Below, piece by piece: positions 16,061 through 28,968 of a stretch of DNA of 64,000 nucleotides. Location of the stretch: assembly GCA_964035545.1 (NCBI GenBank), contig OZ037771.1:3793628-3857627 (forward strand), in the 5' to 3' direction. Made by a program: the position numbers and the translations under genes. How positions within the stretch are numbered: the stretch's first letter is position 1; each line of letters starts with the position of its first letter. The notes beneath the pieces were generated by a model that was given only the letters and a program-made list of their open reading frames with translations, searched no databases and was not told the DNA's origin. This DNA is from Bugula neritina (Eukaryota > Animalia > Bryozoa).

Positions 16061-16948
16061 AAAAATTATTTATGTGAGTTAATATTATTGCACTAAGAAG
16101 TCACAAATAATGTTTATTTGCAAAGATCATAAAATAAATATAACCAGAAGCCTTTTCTGTGTTTATTCAGAATATTTTCCATCCTGGATAATCTATATAT
16201 AACTTTGTACGATAACTGCATACATGTTTTATGTGGTAATTTGTGAAAATACAAAGTGAAAAATAATCTGTTTGAAAAAAGAACTTGGGCGTTAGCCATG
16301 CATGGTTAAATTTATATGCAAGCTAATAAATACAGATTACCTCTGTTATGTCAAGCAGTTGAAGAGATTTTGAATCTTGTTCTATCAATCAGATGGATCA
16401 GCTAAAATTCAACTGATCTACTTAGCCATAAAACCACATTCTTGATGTTTAGACTTAGCTTCTAGCTAGTATTATTAGCCTTTAGTGAACAACATAAAGG
16501 GGGCTATAGCACCCAAGAAACACAGACTAACTGCACCAAACATTACACTGGCAAAAAATATATTTAAGAAAAAGCTTAAGACATTTTACTTTAAACTAAC
16601 GGTGAGTGAAATTTTAAGTCTCAAACCATATAAAGCTACTTTAGCTTAGGTATGCAGTTATATTATGTTTGGCTTAAATATAATTTAATTGATTTTTGGT
16701 TTTGTATTTGAGTTTACTTTATAACATAAAACATATTATATCTAACAGTGACTATAATTATCCATAAATACAATAACCTGAATATCTGCTATTATAACCA
16801 TGATAGATTGTAATATTTTAGCTATAGATATAATATAAGCTAAAAGTTGAAACACATAGAGTGTATAATTAATATTGGGAATAACAAAGATGTATTGAAC
16901 ACTATACATCATAGCGCACAGTGTATGATAACAAGCTAATGTTGTTAG

Positions 16949-17006
16949 TCTAGATTCTAGATTCTAGATTCTAGATTCTAGATTCTAGATTCTAGATTCT
17001 AGATTC
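16949..17006. repeat. (TCTAGAT)n 7-bp tandem repeat, ~8 copies
   Basis: Directly visible. Confidence 0.95.
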
Positions 17007-17154
17007 CATACTTGTAAACGCAACAGCTTATTTTCTGTGTTTTTGTATAAGTTTTTATTTAATATATTCTATGTTATAACATTATTGTGCATGCTAGGTA
17101 AAATATATGAAATAATACAGTAATTTACAGTTCTGTAGGCATGCAATACTGAAG

Positions 17155-20100
17155 ATGTTAATTGTGGTATATACAATACTGGCAGCATGTGCGGCAGCGT
17201 CAGCCCAGGTCACCAACAGTGATGTATGTTTATATTTGATTCATTCTATTATATTACATTGCATGATTTTATATAAGAAAGTTATAGAGTCTCCATATTA
17301 TATACACTCTCAACAGCATGATATAATAGTAAATAGTAAATGTGTTAATAATCTAATAATGATTATATACCTATAGCTAAATATAAATAATCTTTTAAAA
17401 GAACAAGTTCTTGAAACTTGAAATATATACAGAAATTGTATCAAATAAATGTATATCTTTCACTGCGTGCACGTGAATAAACAGCATAGTATACTTACTA
17501 ATATAATCAAATATATTATGTAAATTTCAATGATGTTTACAAAATCATTAAATTATAAATATATCAATGATCTGTTAGAAAAGAAAAGCTATAGGGAGTA
17601 CCTATGATTATTATGAAGCAACATTTTATAACCTCATCAAATTTTCTTCAGGAAAACACTGCTAGAGGATTATGCAGAAATGCAATTGCCAGTAATGTTG
17701 AAAACATTGCTGGATTTGTTAGACTCATTTTTCATGACTGTGTGGGGCCATCTGCATCCACCCGCTGCAATGGATGTGTCAACCTCGGGCTAATTGATTC
17801 TAACACAGACGTGGCTAATGCAGGTTATTTTATAAGTGCTTATTAGCTATAGCGTATAAGTTTGGAAACTTGTATGTGCGTGTGAGTGTGTCATAGTATA
17901 TATAATGCATAATTTTAATATTGTAGTTGTAAATTTATGCTCAACTAAAGTTGTTTTCACAAGGTGTAAATATTTTATTTTTGACCTTTACTCCAAAGTT
18001 TATAAAATTATTTTTCTGTAAATAAATACTTCATTGCAGCAAACACACTCTTTCAAGATCTGCAGGTTAAAATTCATAAACTTTGTGTAAAACTGAACTC
18101 TATAAATAGCCTGCTGGTTTGTGAAACTATAATATTGATATCTGAAAACTATAATGCCAAACTTTTAGGTTTGCAAAGATATATCAATGCTCTGGAGGCA
18201 GTTGGACAGTCTAAACCCGCAAGTATCTCTAGAGCAGACTTTTGGGCACTTTGTGCAGATGAAGCTATCCAACAGGGACGTAGAAACAGAGGTTATTGGT
18301 CCATTGTATTACTCATCATTCAACCATCTCAAATATGCATACACAGTTTTGTTTCGCAGCTCTAATTTACCATAATTCTACAATTTTATATATTTATAAT
18401 TCTTTTTTCATCTCCAATGAAATTTTATAAAAAAAGTTTCAAGTTACTATGTGTGGTTATTAGCTTATTTTTTGCTCTTTTTACTATTTTTAAACTGTAA
18501 TATATGGTAACTCAAAAATACCTCTAAAAGTTAATACGTTTTTTTTCTTTTTGAACTTATTGTTTACATGATATATAACTTCAATCCATAAGCTTCTCTT
18601 CAACTTTTTAAAGAAAGAAGACTTCTGCAAAGCAATTTTGTTTATATAACTAACATAATATCACTAATAGTAACTAAAATAAATGCATTGAGCAACATCT
18701 AGGATGAGTAGTTCCAACCAGTAGCTTATGGCTGCGTCTACGCATGAGTTTTTGCTTTTTGATATCTTTTATCATTCATGTTTCTGCATCATATTCATTC
18801 AGATGGTCCCACTGCTGCCAGAGTACCAATAGATGTCAGATTTGGAAGAGTTGACTGCCCTGCAGGACCTGATGACAGATCAGACGTCTCAAACAAAGAT
18901 AAGTTCCCTAACCCTCGGCTTGGCTTGGCCCCAACCCTTGAGTGGTGTAGAGTAACATTTGGCTTTACCACCAGAGAATGTGTGGCCATAATTGGTAAGC
19001 GAGGAATTTGTTTTGCCACATCCTTCGGATATGTGTGCTCATTTCTTAAACCTACTTTGCATTGTCACTGATAAAAGGCCTGCAATTTTCCATCCGTAAA
19101 AAATACCTCATTTATCTGTTATATTATTTTACGTCATAAACTTCAGGCAAGATTAAATCAAACAGTAACTCCTTAATTGAAATGCCCTGACATCTATAAA
19201 ATACTGGAGTATAAGCTGCTGTGATGTTAGGTTTCCTTCCAGAAGTATGCATTTCTTGCCATATCTCTGATTTATACAGACATTAACGTCAACTCTGACC
19301 AATCTAATTATAACTATGCGCTCAGCCAAGAGCCACTTCTTAGGAAGAAAAGATTAATACTAAATTATCTTTTTAATACTTTAACAGTTGTGACTTTTAA
19401 CTCATCACTAGTAACTCATGACCTATAGTTTACTTTATTATATTTTTGAAGCCTCATGCTTTCCTGCAACAGAAATAATGATACATTATTGAGCTAATTG
19501 CTATAAATTTAAAATGTCTGTCTTTTCTTAATTGAGTTCATATATAGCTTGAGCTTTTTGATGAACCCAAAGTGGATTTATGCAGGGGCGCATACGTTGG
19601 GGCGAGCAAGACGAGCTGATTCTGGCTGGAGTGGGCCTTGGGTGAGAGGTAGAGGTCAGTTTATCTTTGACAACCGATACTACATCGAGATGATAGATCC
19701 TCTTAATAACTTTGTACAGGTGAGCTTTTAGTCAATTGCGACATAAGTATTGTCACATTTTTTAGATTATTATCATAAAATCATTACAAAAAGTAGATTT
19801 AACATGTGGTTTACCTTAAAAATTCTTGATTCTATCACTGACAATTTGAAACAGCATCCTGAGAGTTCAGTTTTAAATTTTGTTTCATTTTCTAAATTCG
19901 AACATTTTTTAGGTTTGGTATGAAACAAGTGTTTTAGTAGCTCAAATTCTCCAAATATTCTACAGGTAGATAGTAGAAGGCCTCCCGGACTAACTACAGA
20001 CAACAATTCTCTAAGGTTTCTGTATGAGTCGAGGCGTAACCCGGGTCAAGGACCACCTCCAGGTCAAGGACCACCTCCAGGTCAAGGTCCACCGGGTGGA

Positions 20101-21942
20101 GGCATGGGAAGAATTATCATGTTGAATGCTGATATATGCTTCTTCAAAGATATTATGCCTAATTCAATTACAGGAATGTATGTAGAGGAGACAAATCTTA
20201 ATTTCTTTTTCATTTTCTTAGCTTACCTATAAAGTAATACTAGACATGGGTGTCGGCATACTTTATACAAGTGGAAGTGTAGGTCTACATATATATATAC
20301 ACACACATATATATATATATCAATCTGTGGACAGCAGCTGTTTCGGGATTTGTCCCTTCATCAGCACAGAACAGAGTACCATGGCCCACACCTTCACAAT
20401 AGTAGAAACTTATAGTTTTACTAAAGCATATTTAAAAAGTGTGTAAACCTAAGCCAGAGTGCTCAAGTGACTCTAGGGGCCACTTAGGAGTCACGAGCAT
20501 TGCTAAATGCTAGCAGCTTGAGTTTGTGACCATGGCGAGAGTGCTCAATCATTTAATGTCATTGCTGAGCATTAAATGAGAGCATAATATTTCAATCTGT
20601 GTATACCTCTATATATCTCAATATATGTAGAGAGTCAAGACCAATAACCACAATACCAGACTCTTCAACTGCATCTATTGTAAGAGAATTTGCAAGCAAT
20701 GACCCCCAATGGATTACAGAGTTTGCAATGGTAATGATACTCTATCATGTATGTTTGATTGACAACTGTAATATGCTCAACCAATCAGCATAATTTGAAC
20801 ATGCAGAGTAAATACGCAATCAAAAAAGTCAATAAAGATCTAAATTTTAAGAAGTTGCCATCATTTAAACTAATTGGTATAATATGATTTACTATAATAT
20901 TTGTGATTATAGAAAAGTTAAAAACATTGTTTCAATCTTACTTCATAAACTAAAAGCAAATGCTTATAAACTTAAAGAATAATTGCTTTTTTCCATTCCC
21001 ATGCAAATTTTACATTTAGCATTACATAGTTGATCAGCAAGTTCTGTAAAATAGAGCATATTGTGATGTACTAAACATAACAATTTTACCTGCAGGCATT
21101 CAATAAGATGATCCGGGCTTCTGAGTTGACTGCAGCAGTAGGTGAGAGATATTCTATTAGTAACACTATCGAGTTATTTACACTTATCTAGAATAGATGT
21201 CAACAGATTTAAATACAACATTTAGTTTTAGAATATCAGAGAGCAGCCATAGTCTAGGGGTTAGAGCGTTAGGCTTTGTAAACACGAAGTCATGGGTTTG
21301 AACCCTGACAAAGGCCATTGGTGATGTTAGGAAGATCATCCAGTCAAAATTCCTCCTGTGCTACATCTGAATAAATTCTTAGCCTGTTTTAACAAAAACC
21401 TCTTTCATCAGAGGTTTTCCTACAGAAATGGCAACTATAAGCTTGCGTGAGAGAGTATCAGATTTTCATGCTCATCTCTGTTCTTACCACCATAATATAG
21501 CTATTCTAATAAACGGTACTCATTGATAACCATGTGAAACCTCTGTGTGTTTCTTATTGCATCTTTCAGTGAACTTATATACATGGTTTTAGCTGATGGA
21601 AGTGTAGCTGCTGCCGTACCTGGGCCGCTGCCTCTGACGGATGTTGTGGATACAGAAAACTCACCTGTGATCGCACCTGCACCTGTCCCCATACCTTTCA
21701 TTGTGTTGCCTTCTGCACCTGTAACTGCAGCTCCACCCACAGTTGCTCCGCCTATTGTACCAGCCGCAAACCCAATTCTACCTGCTCCAGTGTTTCCGAT
21801 AATCCCTAGACAGACATTTGGACCCAGACCCAACAGACGACAAAGGCGACGTAGAAACAGACGACAGAACCGACGGAGAGGCAACAGAAGACGGGGTAAC
21901 AGGAACCGAGGTCGTCGTAATAGAGGCCGTAGACTGAACTAG
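17155..21942 (+). CDS. Secreted non-animal heme peroxidase, paralog 2, 465 aa, with GQGPPP insert and Pro-rich linker plus poly-Arg/Asn tail
   Basis: Exons 17155-17223, 17652-17823, 18169-18291, 18803-18994, 19586-19719, 19966-20177, 20631-20730, 21096-21141, 21593-21942 (1398 nt). Signal peptide MLIVVYTILAACAAASA, RLIFHDC, ANAGL, SRADFW, FGRVDC, GAHTLG, SGWSGPW, FDNRYY, MLNAD. Confidence 0.92.
20325..20369 (-). ncRNA. Type I minimal hammerhead ribozyme (Penelope-like-element type)
   Basis: Minus strand: CTGTG-CTGATGA-a-GGGA-caaa-TCCC-GAAA-CAGCTGCTG-TC-CACAG. Stem I 5 bp, stem II 4 bp, intact core, GUC cleavage triplet, palindromic CAGCTG in stem/loop III. Abuts a (TA)n/(CA)n tract. Confidence 0.8.
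21241..21452 (+). mobile_element. tRNA-derived SINE, copy B (peroxidase 2 intron 8)
   Basis: A box TAGTCTAGGGGTTAGAGC, B box GGTTTGAACCC, shared core GGAAG-CATCCAGTCA-AATT-CTCCTGTGC. Confidence 0.8.
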
Positions 21943-24183
21943 GAAAGTTAGAATGCTGAGATAGTTTTCAAATAGCAAGTTTGATCATGAAGACCAGTAT
22001 ATATTATGTTATTTCCCTTCCTAACATTTGGTGTTTTAATGGGTTTTTTTGTAATGTTATCTTTTAGGGATATTTTTTGATTATAACATTGATAATTGAT
22101 AAATAGAAAGTTTGTATTAATGTTTCGTAAAATTACATTTCTGCTTATTAAACTATAATATTCAAGACAAGATATAAACAGTATAGATATTACTGAATAT
22201 ATATCAATGATTTAGCAATTTTAAACTTGCATATTTGTTTGCAAATGACAAAAATAACCCCAGACACTAAAAAGAAGTAACAGCTATAGTTGTAGATTAT
22301 AGCTTGGAAAAATATTAAGTATACGTGAATTTTATGCTAGCAATGTTAGTAGAAATATTCTCAAACTAGTCAAGCATAGCAGCAATCAGTGAACTGTGAA
22401 GGTTTCACTAAACGTCATCATTATACTTTATCATCATCATGCTATTATAATTTTATTATTCATTACTTTGATGCGAAAAATAACTCATAGTGCGTGTAAA
22501 TTTTAAGAAGTTTATACAAATAGGTTTATTTTTGGCATAGTTCGCTCACTGATGAGTATTGTGGTTAGACTAGAGTTAAACTCATACAACATCTATCAGT
22601 TTTATTTATAAATTAAACAGCATGATAGATTAGTAGACAAATCTTAACTCGAATGACGTATAAAATATTACCTCTAGCCAAGAAAAAGATGAAGTTCCTA
22701 ATTTTCTACGACTGATTTATTGAGTTTTATAATAGTTTTGAGCACTGATTTCGATAGCCTAAAATTTTTAATTGCTTTTGATTTGAGGGATAAGCAGTGA
22801 GAGCATAACTTCTTTTGCAAGGGTTTGAGCATCTACAACACAGGTTTTTCTGAATCTATTTATTACAGCATTTTTTGCTGAATATTGCATGCATGCTACA
22901 AGTTTTAGAAACTAAACTACAATTTGAAACACTGCATTTAAGTTGTTAGTTGACAAAAGAGTTTATAAAAATCCTTTGTTATTGTTTTACCAATTATATT
23001 ATTATAAATTATCATACAGTGTATAATGTCATGTGTTGTATATCATATGCATATGCATGTAATGTTACATGTTACATAATATTATATCATGTAATGTTAA
23101 ACGTTATATGCTATATATACATAATATAGTGTTATATGCTATATATTTTAGGACATACAACTTTATGTTATATTAAAAAATATATTGTTCTATATAATAT
23201 ATTGTACATTATATAGTATTTTACATTTTGTCTTATACAATATACAATGTTATGCATTGCAAAACATGCAATATATTATAATGCTGCGTGGTATATATTA
23301 TCATACACTGGTACAAAGGAAACTCAAAAGCATTGTGGTATATTCCTAGTTTGACAGTTTTCCGTATATGATCATGATTTTATAATGTATTAGCTTATAT
23401 GCAATGCAATAGTTTGTAAACATTATACAAAAATGCTGTGCTAGAAAATTCTAGAAAACTAACAAATGCTATAACCTGTATAACCCACACCTATAATCTT
23501 AAGCCGCTACAAATGACATTTGTTTATTGCCAGCTTTACTTAATACAGCCTGTAACAAATATTTTGTTTATTTGTGAATTGGATGCTAACAATATGAGTT
23601 TTCAATAAAAACAAATATGAAAAACATAGATATAATATTATGTTATCATATAAATAGAAAGAAATTGGAAAATAGTTTAATTTGAAAGTATTTTGAAAGA
23701 CTGGAAGTTTTATTACTTGCAATTATAATCTCATAAAGATAATTTTCTTATGGAATTTCTTTTGTAAAGATGCATGAAACATACATAAAAGAAAAATATT
23801 TACTTTTAAACTTTTTAGAAAGTATAAAACAAATAATTATTTCCAATATTTTATTTAGATAACAAGTGCATGCCCTTAGCACAGTACCCATGTAATAGTT
23901 GTTGTTCCTAAAGCTTTTATATATACTATAACTGCATATTCTAAAAATAAAAATACAACAGAATGTGATAGATGTGGTATAACCTTTTTATTATAATGAG
24001 GTATACAAACCCCTTTACCTTCAGCTTATACATCCACTCTGTACGTAATTTTACCATGTCTAACGATTAATCTACTGATTAAATTAATAAAATATAAATT
24101 ATAGGCAGCTTATGCTAACAATTTACTCTTATCTGACGCCTTCACCTCCTTGTATTAGTAGCAACTTTGTGCAACACAGAGCA

Positions 24184-24231
24184 TATAAATAAGAGCAATT
24201 CTTGCCACAAGAAGCATAGAAAGCTGGAAAG
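24184..24231 (+). promoter_or_regulatory. TATA box and short non-coding first exon of peroxidase 3
   Basis: TATAAAT at 24184 followed ~45 nt later by AAG|GTAAGA. The arrangement is conserved in the paralog 4 upstream region (29785-29832). Confidence 0.6.
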
Positions 24232-24776
24232 GTAAGACAGAGTGGAAAGTGCTGTGCATGCATCAAACTTATATATTTATTCTAAAATGATAGTAATATC
24301 TACGTATATTCAACTTTGAGATTAATTTTATTTTATAAATTCAATAACAATTGCATTATTGTTATGACCTGATGAATATTTGAAGTAGAATTTACTTGAG
24401 AAAGTTTTAATTTTGCTTTTGCATGGTTGCTTTTGTTAATCATGAAGCTCATTAAATGTAGTGAATTTTCGAATATTTCGTTCACTTGACAATTTTTGCA
24501 CCACTAAAAACATTATGACTCACTATAATTTTAAAATAACATTCTGTAAAAATAATATGCTGTATTATTTCAGAAGTCAAAAATATCTAAGAAATGTATC
24601 GCCAAGATAACTTTACCAAACTCAATCATAATAACATGCTGTTGTCTTTATATAATATATAAAGTATTATTTATTAATGCTCATACACATGTTAGATAAA
24701 TTTATTTCAAATTTTCTAGTAATATAAAAAATTGCAGTAAATACTTTTATAACTCCCTTTTAGATAATAGAGCAAG

Positions 24777-27700
24777 ATGATTTCTGCAGCCATGTATAGA
24801 CTTGGATTCATCTTACTGCTCTTATCATCAACAGCGGAGGGTGTAACAACAGCCGAGGTAAGTCATATCATAGACTGTGTCTCTTGGTAGTTCAGAATTT
24901 GCACTATGAATTATGTTCACTCTACACTTTTGTTATTTTATTACCTCTAAGCTGAGGCTTTTTCCATTCTTTTAGCAGCTCAGAGTCATCCTGTGATTTG
25001 CATAAAAAACTAAATCAGAAGTGTTTCTTAGAGGAATCTTGCATGAACAGATAATTTAGTAACTATCAGACAAGCACTTCTTACATGCCTTCACAAAATG
25101 AATGTCGTATCTCTACACTGTGACTGTAAGCTAAGCAATTATTCTCACAAACATACACAGTTTACTATTTATTTGAAGGAAGCGCAAGCAAAGGCCTCGT
25201 GTAGATCTGCATTAAGGAATAACAGAGAAAACATTCCCGGGTTTGTGAGGCTAGCTTTTCATGATTGTGTTGGTGGATGTAACGGGTGCATCAACTTGAA
25301 CCTGGTAGACCCAACAAACTTTGATCAGCCAAATGCCGGTAAGTGAGGTGTTCAGACTAAACTGTCACTGAACAAAACTCAATACCGCTGTCAGGAATTG
25401 AGTGTAGAGTGAGCTTAAACTCCTTGTCATTGATTTCAATAGAAGTTAGGATAACAACTTGCAGTTAAAATATGTCTGTGCTGCCTACAGATTGAGTTTC
25501 CTATCCTTTGAGTTGAAGTTAACATGGAAGAAAACATCTTGCCAATCTGTTTAATATAAGATCTTCCTGCCAACCAATGTCAAATGGTGGTAACTTAGTA
25601 TCCAAACTGTTATTTCTCTTTCAGGATTGAGGAGGTATGTTGACGAATTAGAAAGGCGAATAGCAGCTGGTGATAAGCCAGCCAGCATGTCTAGAGCAGA
25701 TTTCTGGATTCTTTGCTCTGTAGAAGCTCTGCAGAATGCAAGACAAGGCGCAGGTATAATTTTCTTACTACAATCTTAATGTGATGCTGACAGATTTTTG
25801 TATATTATTTTCACCTACAAACTTAATTTATCAAAAAAATTTGTAGAGAGTAAAGAAAATTAGCTTCATAGATGAGCATCTGCATGAATCAACTAGGTTA
25901 ACTGTGAATTATTGGGAATTGCTGATTTCTTATTTGGACAGGAAGAGGTCCACTGAATATTAATATGGTCTATGGACGGCAGGATTGCCCTGATGGTCCA
26001 TACACTGCATCTACAGTAAATGCGGCTAACTTTCCAGACCCCCGTCAAGGACTAGCTGTTACAGTGAAATGGTGTTTAGATACATTTGGACTAAACGACC
26101 AGTCTTGTGTAGCACTACTTGGTAAGTTTGATCGCATATCTGTAGTTTCTATTCATTCGCCAACTTTAAATGAAGCCAAAATCATAATGATAATGTGAAG
26201 TAAGATCATCAGTAATCTTCTAATTTTAAGGTTCATAAAACTTCAAACATAAAAGCAGACTTTATGTTTCACTTTAGTTCCACCGTCATAGAATTTTCAC
26301 GTGCAAACTGGTTTTATAGACTGCAGCTAACACTCTACGGCCTACGCAATGCCATACGTACTTAGCTGCAGCTTGTAAAATTAATGATAATTGACTACCC
26401 ATCTGAAAAGACTGAAGGTATGTTTTATGATGTTTATTATTATAGGAGCTCACACATTGGGAAGGGCAAGAGCAAGATCTTCTGGATTTGAAGGAGCCTG
26501 GGTTAGGGGAGCTGGAGAGTTCCACCTGAATAATGGCTACTATAGAGAGTTAGTAGATGGACCTTGGATTCAGGTATATTACTTATAAGAACTCATTTAC
26601 CAAGCTATGTTTTATAAGCTATGTCAAAAGACTTAGTTGAGAAGGGTTTAGCCTATCATGGACCAGGTTGTGTTATATCTCACATGTGTACATGATAAAC
26701 AATTCATCATGCTCAAAAGTGTTGCTGTTTGCAAATTTCCAACTTTACATTCAATCTCAGTGGTCACTGCATGGTGCTCTTGCTTAGATATTGAGGCAGT
26801 TGAGTTGTAATTTTTTCAGATTGATAGAACATTAGAACGCTTTTATTAGCCATTATTTCATTAAGCTTCAATTTATTACAAGGCTTATAAGATATAAAGG
26901 GAGCAGCTGTGGTCCAGGGGTTAGAGCGCTTGCTTAGTAAGCACGAAGTCATGGGTTCAAGCCCTAGTGATGTTGGGAAGAGCATCCAGTCATAATTGCT
27001 CCTGTGCATCATTTAAATAAGTCCTTAGCCCACTTTGACAAAAACCCTTTCTTTCAGGGGTTTCTCACAGGGATAGCGACTACAAACTTGGGTGAGATGT
27101 TTTTAACTGATAGCAAGTCCAGCATATAACTTTAAATGCCTCTCCCCTGCTCAGTTGTGGCATAAATATCATCATTTCACAATTGTTACTTGTTTTAGAA
27201 TAATAATAACCCGAGTAACAATCTTGCTGATCAGAGATGGCAGTTTGAGCAGAGGGGTGGATTCGGAGGGCCTAATCTTTTGATGCTTAATGCCGACATG
27301 TGTTTACTAAAGGACATTCAACCTGAAGCCATATCTGGAAGGTAAGTGAATGCTCTTTCAGCTACATACTATTTGATCTAACCTTATCACGGCAGCTGAA
27401 TGTACTATTTAAAAATATTAGAAAACCCTAAAGTGTTTTCCTAAAATAAATTGTTTTGGGTAGGAAAACTTTCAAATCCCAAAAAATAGGCTACTGAATT
27501 TTTATTGTCACTTCTACTAACATGGCTTAAACTTGAGAGTATTGCAACTGCTTGGTGCTATAAAAAAATTAATTTCAAAATAAAAGTATAGCGGGCAAAA
27601 ATGTGGAGTTTTATTGTATGTAATGTAACAATTTTGTCTCAGTTTTGGTTCTCTATTAACACCAAATTATTTAATTTCTTAGAGTTGTTCCATCAAACCC

Positions 27701-28968
27701 TGATAGCATGCCTGATTCACCCACTGCTACATTTGTAAGAACGTATGCTTTAGATGATGAAGCCTGGATTAGGGATTTTACAGGTGTAAGTAAAATCACA
27801 TTTTAAATTTTATTTATAGTTCTTGTATATTAAAAATTAGTAATAATGAGTTTATATATGTTATATTTTATTTTACGTTAATTTTAGGCTTTCAATGTGA
27901 CGATAAACAAACTTACTACTGCAGCTTTCCTTACAGGCCCCACAGGTAAGCTGAAATTAAAATGATTCAGAGAGAAATGTCAAATTAAATACCCACATAA
28001 AATGAAGTAAACAAAAAGCTAAACATATTTGCACTAAACAAAATCATATAATGAGCAGACAACTTCAAATAAGGAATAAAGTTCAAATGTAATGAAAGTC
28101 TCTAGTCTAGTCTGTTATAGAAAGTATTTAGGGTGCAGTGTGGTCTAAAGCACTGGATTAGTAAACACAGCGTCAGTACTGGTTCCAATACCAGACAAGG
28201 TCAATGATGTTGTTAGGTAGGGTATTCAGTCATAATTACTCCTTTTCCACAATACGAAGCAGTTTCCTAGCATGCTTCAATCAGAGCTCTTCGCACCAGA
28301 ATCTCTCACATGGGTAGCGACTATAAACTCACTTCAGGTATAGCATGTAGGCCTATAACTGATTTATTATAGTTCTAGTAATAGAAGAAACAGAAATTAT
28401 ATTGTTGTATACCAACATTGCTAGCTAAGTATTTTAATGCAGTATTAGTACCTTTATAGTCATGCTTATGTTTAAATCAGCTTTACAAAAGTTAAATACT
28501 ATTTTTTTATTCTTCATTTTAGGCCCTGTTATAAATGATGTAGATAATCGAGTTGATCCTCTTGGAGATTTTCCAATTCAAAATTCGATTCTTCAAATAG
28601 TTATGAATCCAGGTGGAGACCCACCACCTCGGGGTAGAAACCTGCCACTTCCAGGTGGAAACCTACCACCTCAGGGTAGAAACCGACCACCTCAGAGTAG
28701 AAACCTACCACCTCGGGGTAGAAACCTACCACCTCAGGGTAGAAACCTACCACCTCAGGGTAGAAACCTACCACCTCAGGGTAGAAACCTACCACCTCAG
28801 GCTAGAAACTTCCAACCTCAAAGTGGAAACCTACCACCTCAGGGTAGAAACCTGCCACTCCCAGGTAGAAACTTACAAACTCCAAGAAACTTGCCATTTC
28901 CTAGAAACCGACCACCTCGCGGAAATCCGAGATTCGGAGCTCGTCCTCGTCGACGAGGAAGGCTCTAA
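24777..28968 (+). CDS. Secreted non-animal heme peroxidase, paralog 3, 475 aa, with (RNLPPQG)n tail
   Basis: Exons 24777-24857, 25179-25338, 25625-25753, 25942-26121, 26446-26573, 27199-27341, 27683-27785, 27888-27945, 28523-28968 (1428 nt). Signal peptide, RLAFHDC, PNAGL, SRADFW, YGRQDC, GAHTLG, SGFEGAW, MLNAD. Confidence 0.92.
26899..27096 (+). mobile_element. tRNA-derived SINE, copy C (peroxidase 3 intron 5)
   Basis: A box TGGTCCAGGGGTTAGAGC, B box GGTTCAAGCCC, same core as the other copies. Absent from the equivalent paralog 4 intron. Confidence 0.8.
28131..28335 (+). mobile_element. tRNA-derived SINE, copy D, diverged (peroxidase 3 intron 8)
   Basis: TGGTCTAAAGC...GGTTCCAATACC head, core GGGTATTCAGTCATAATTACTCCT and tail GGGTAGCGACTATAAACT match the family. 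Confidence 0.65.
28621..28920 (+). repeat. Coding 21-bp tandem repeat (AGAAACCTACCACCTCAGGGT) encoding RNLPPQG heptads
   Basis: About 11 heptads plus 3 shorter units in the last exon of peroxidase 3. Confidence 0.95.

Noticed and set aside
21501-21978. Minus-strand ORFs opposite the peroxidase 2 tail
   Set aside because: Antisense shadows of a GC-rich coding exon, with no independent gene structure.
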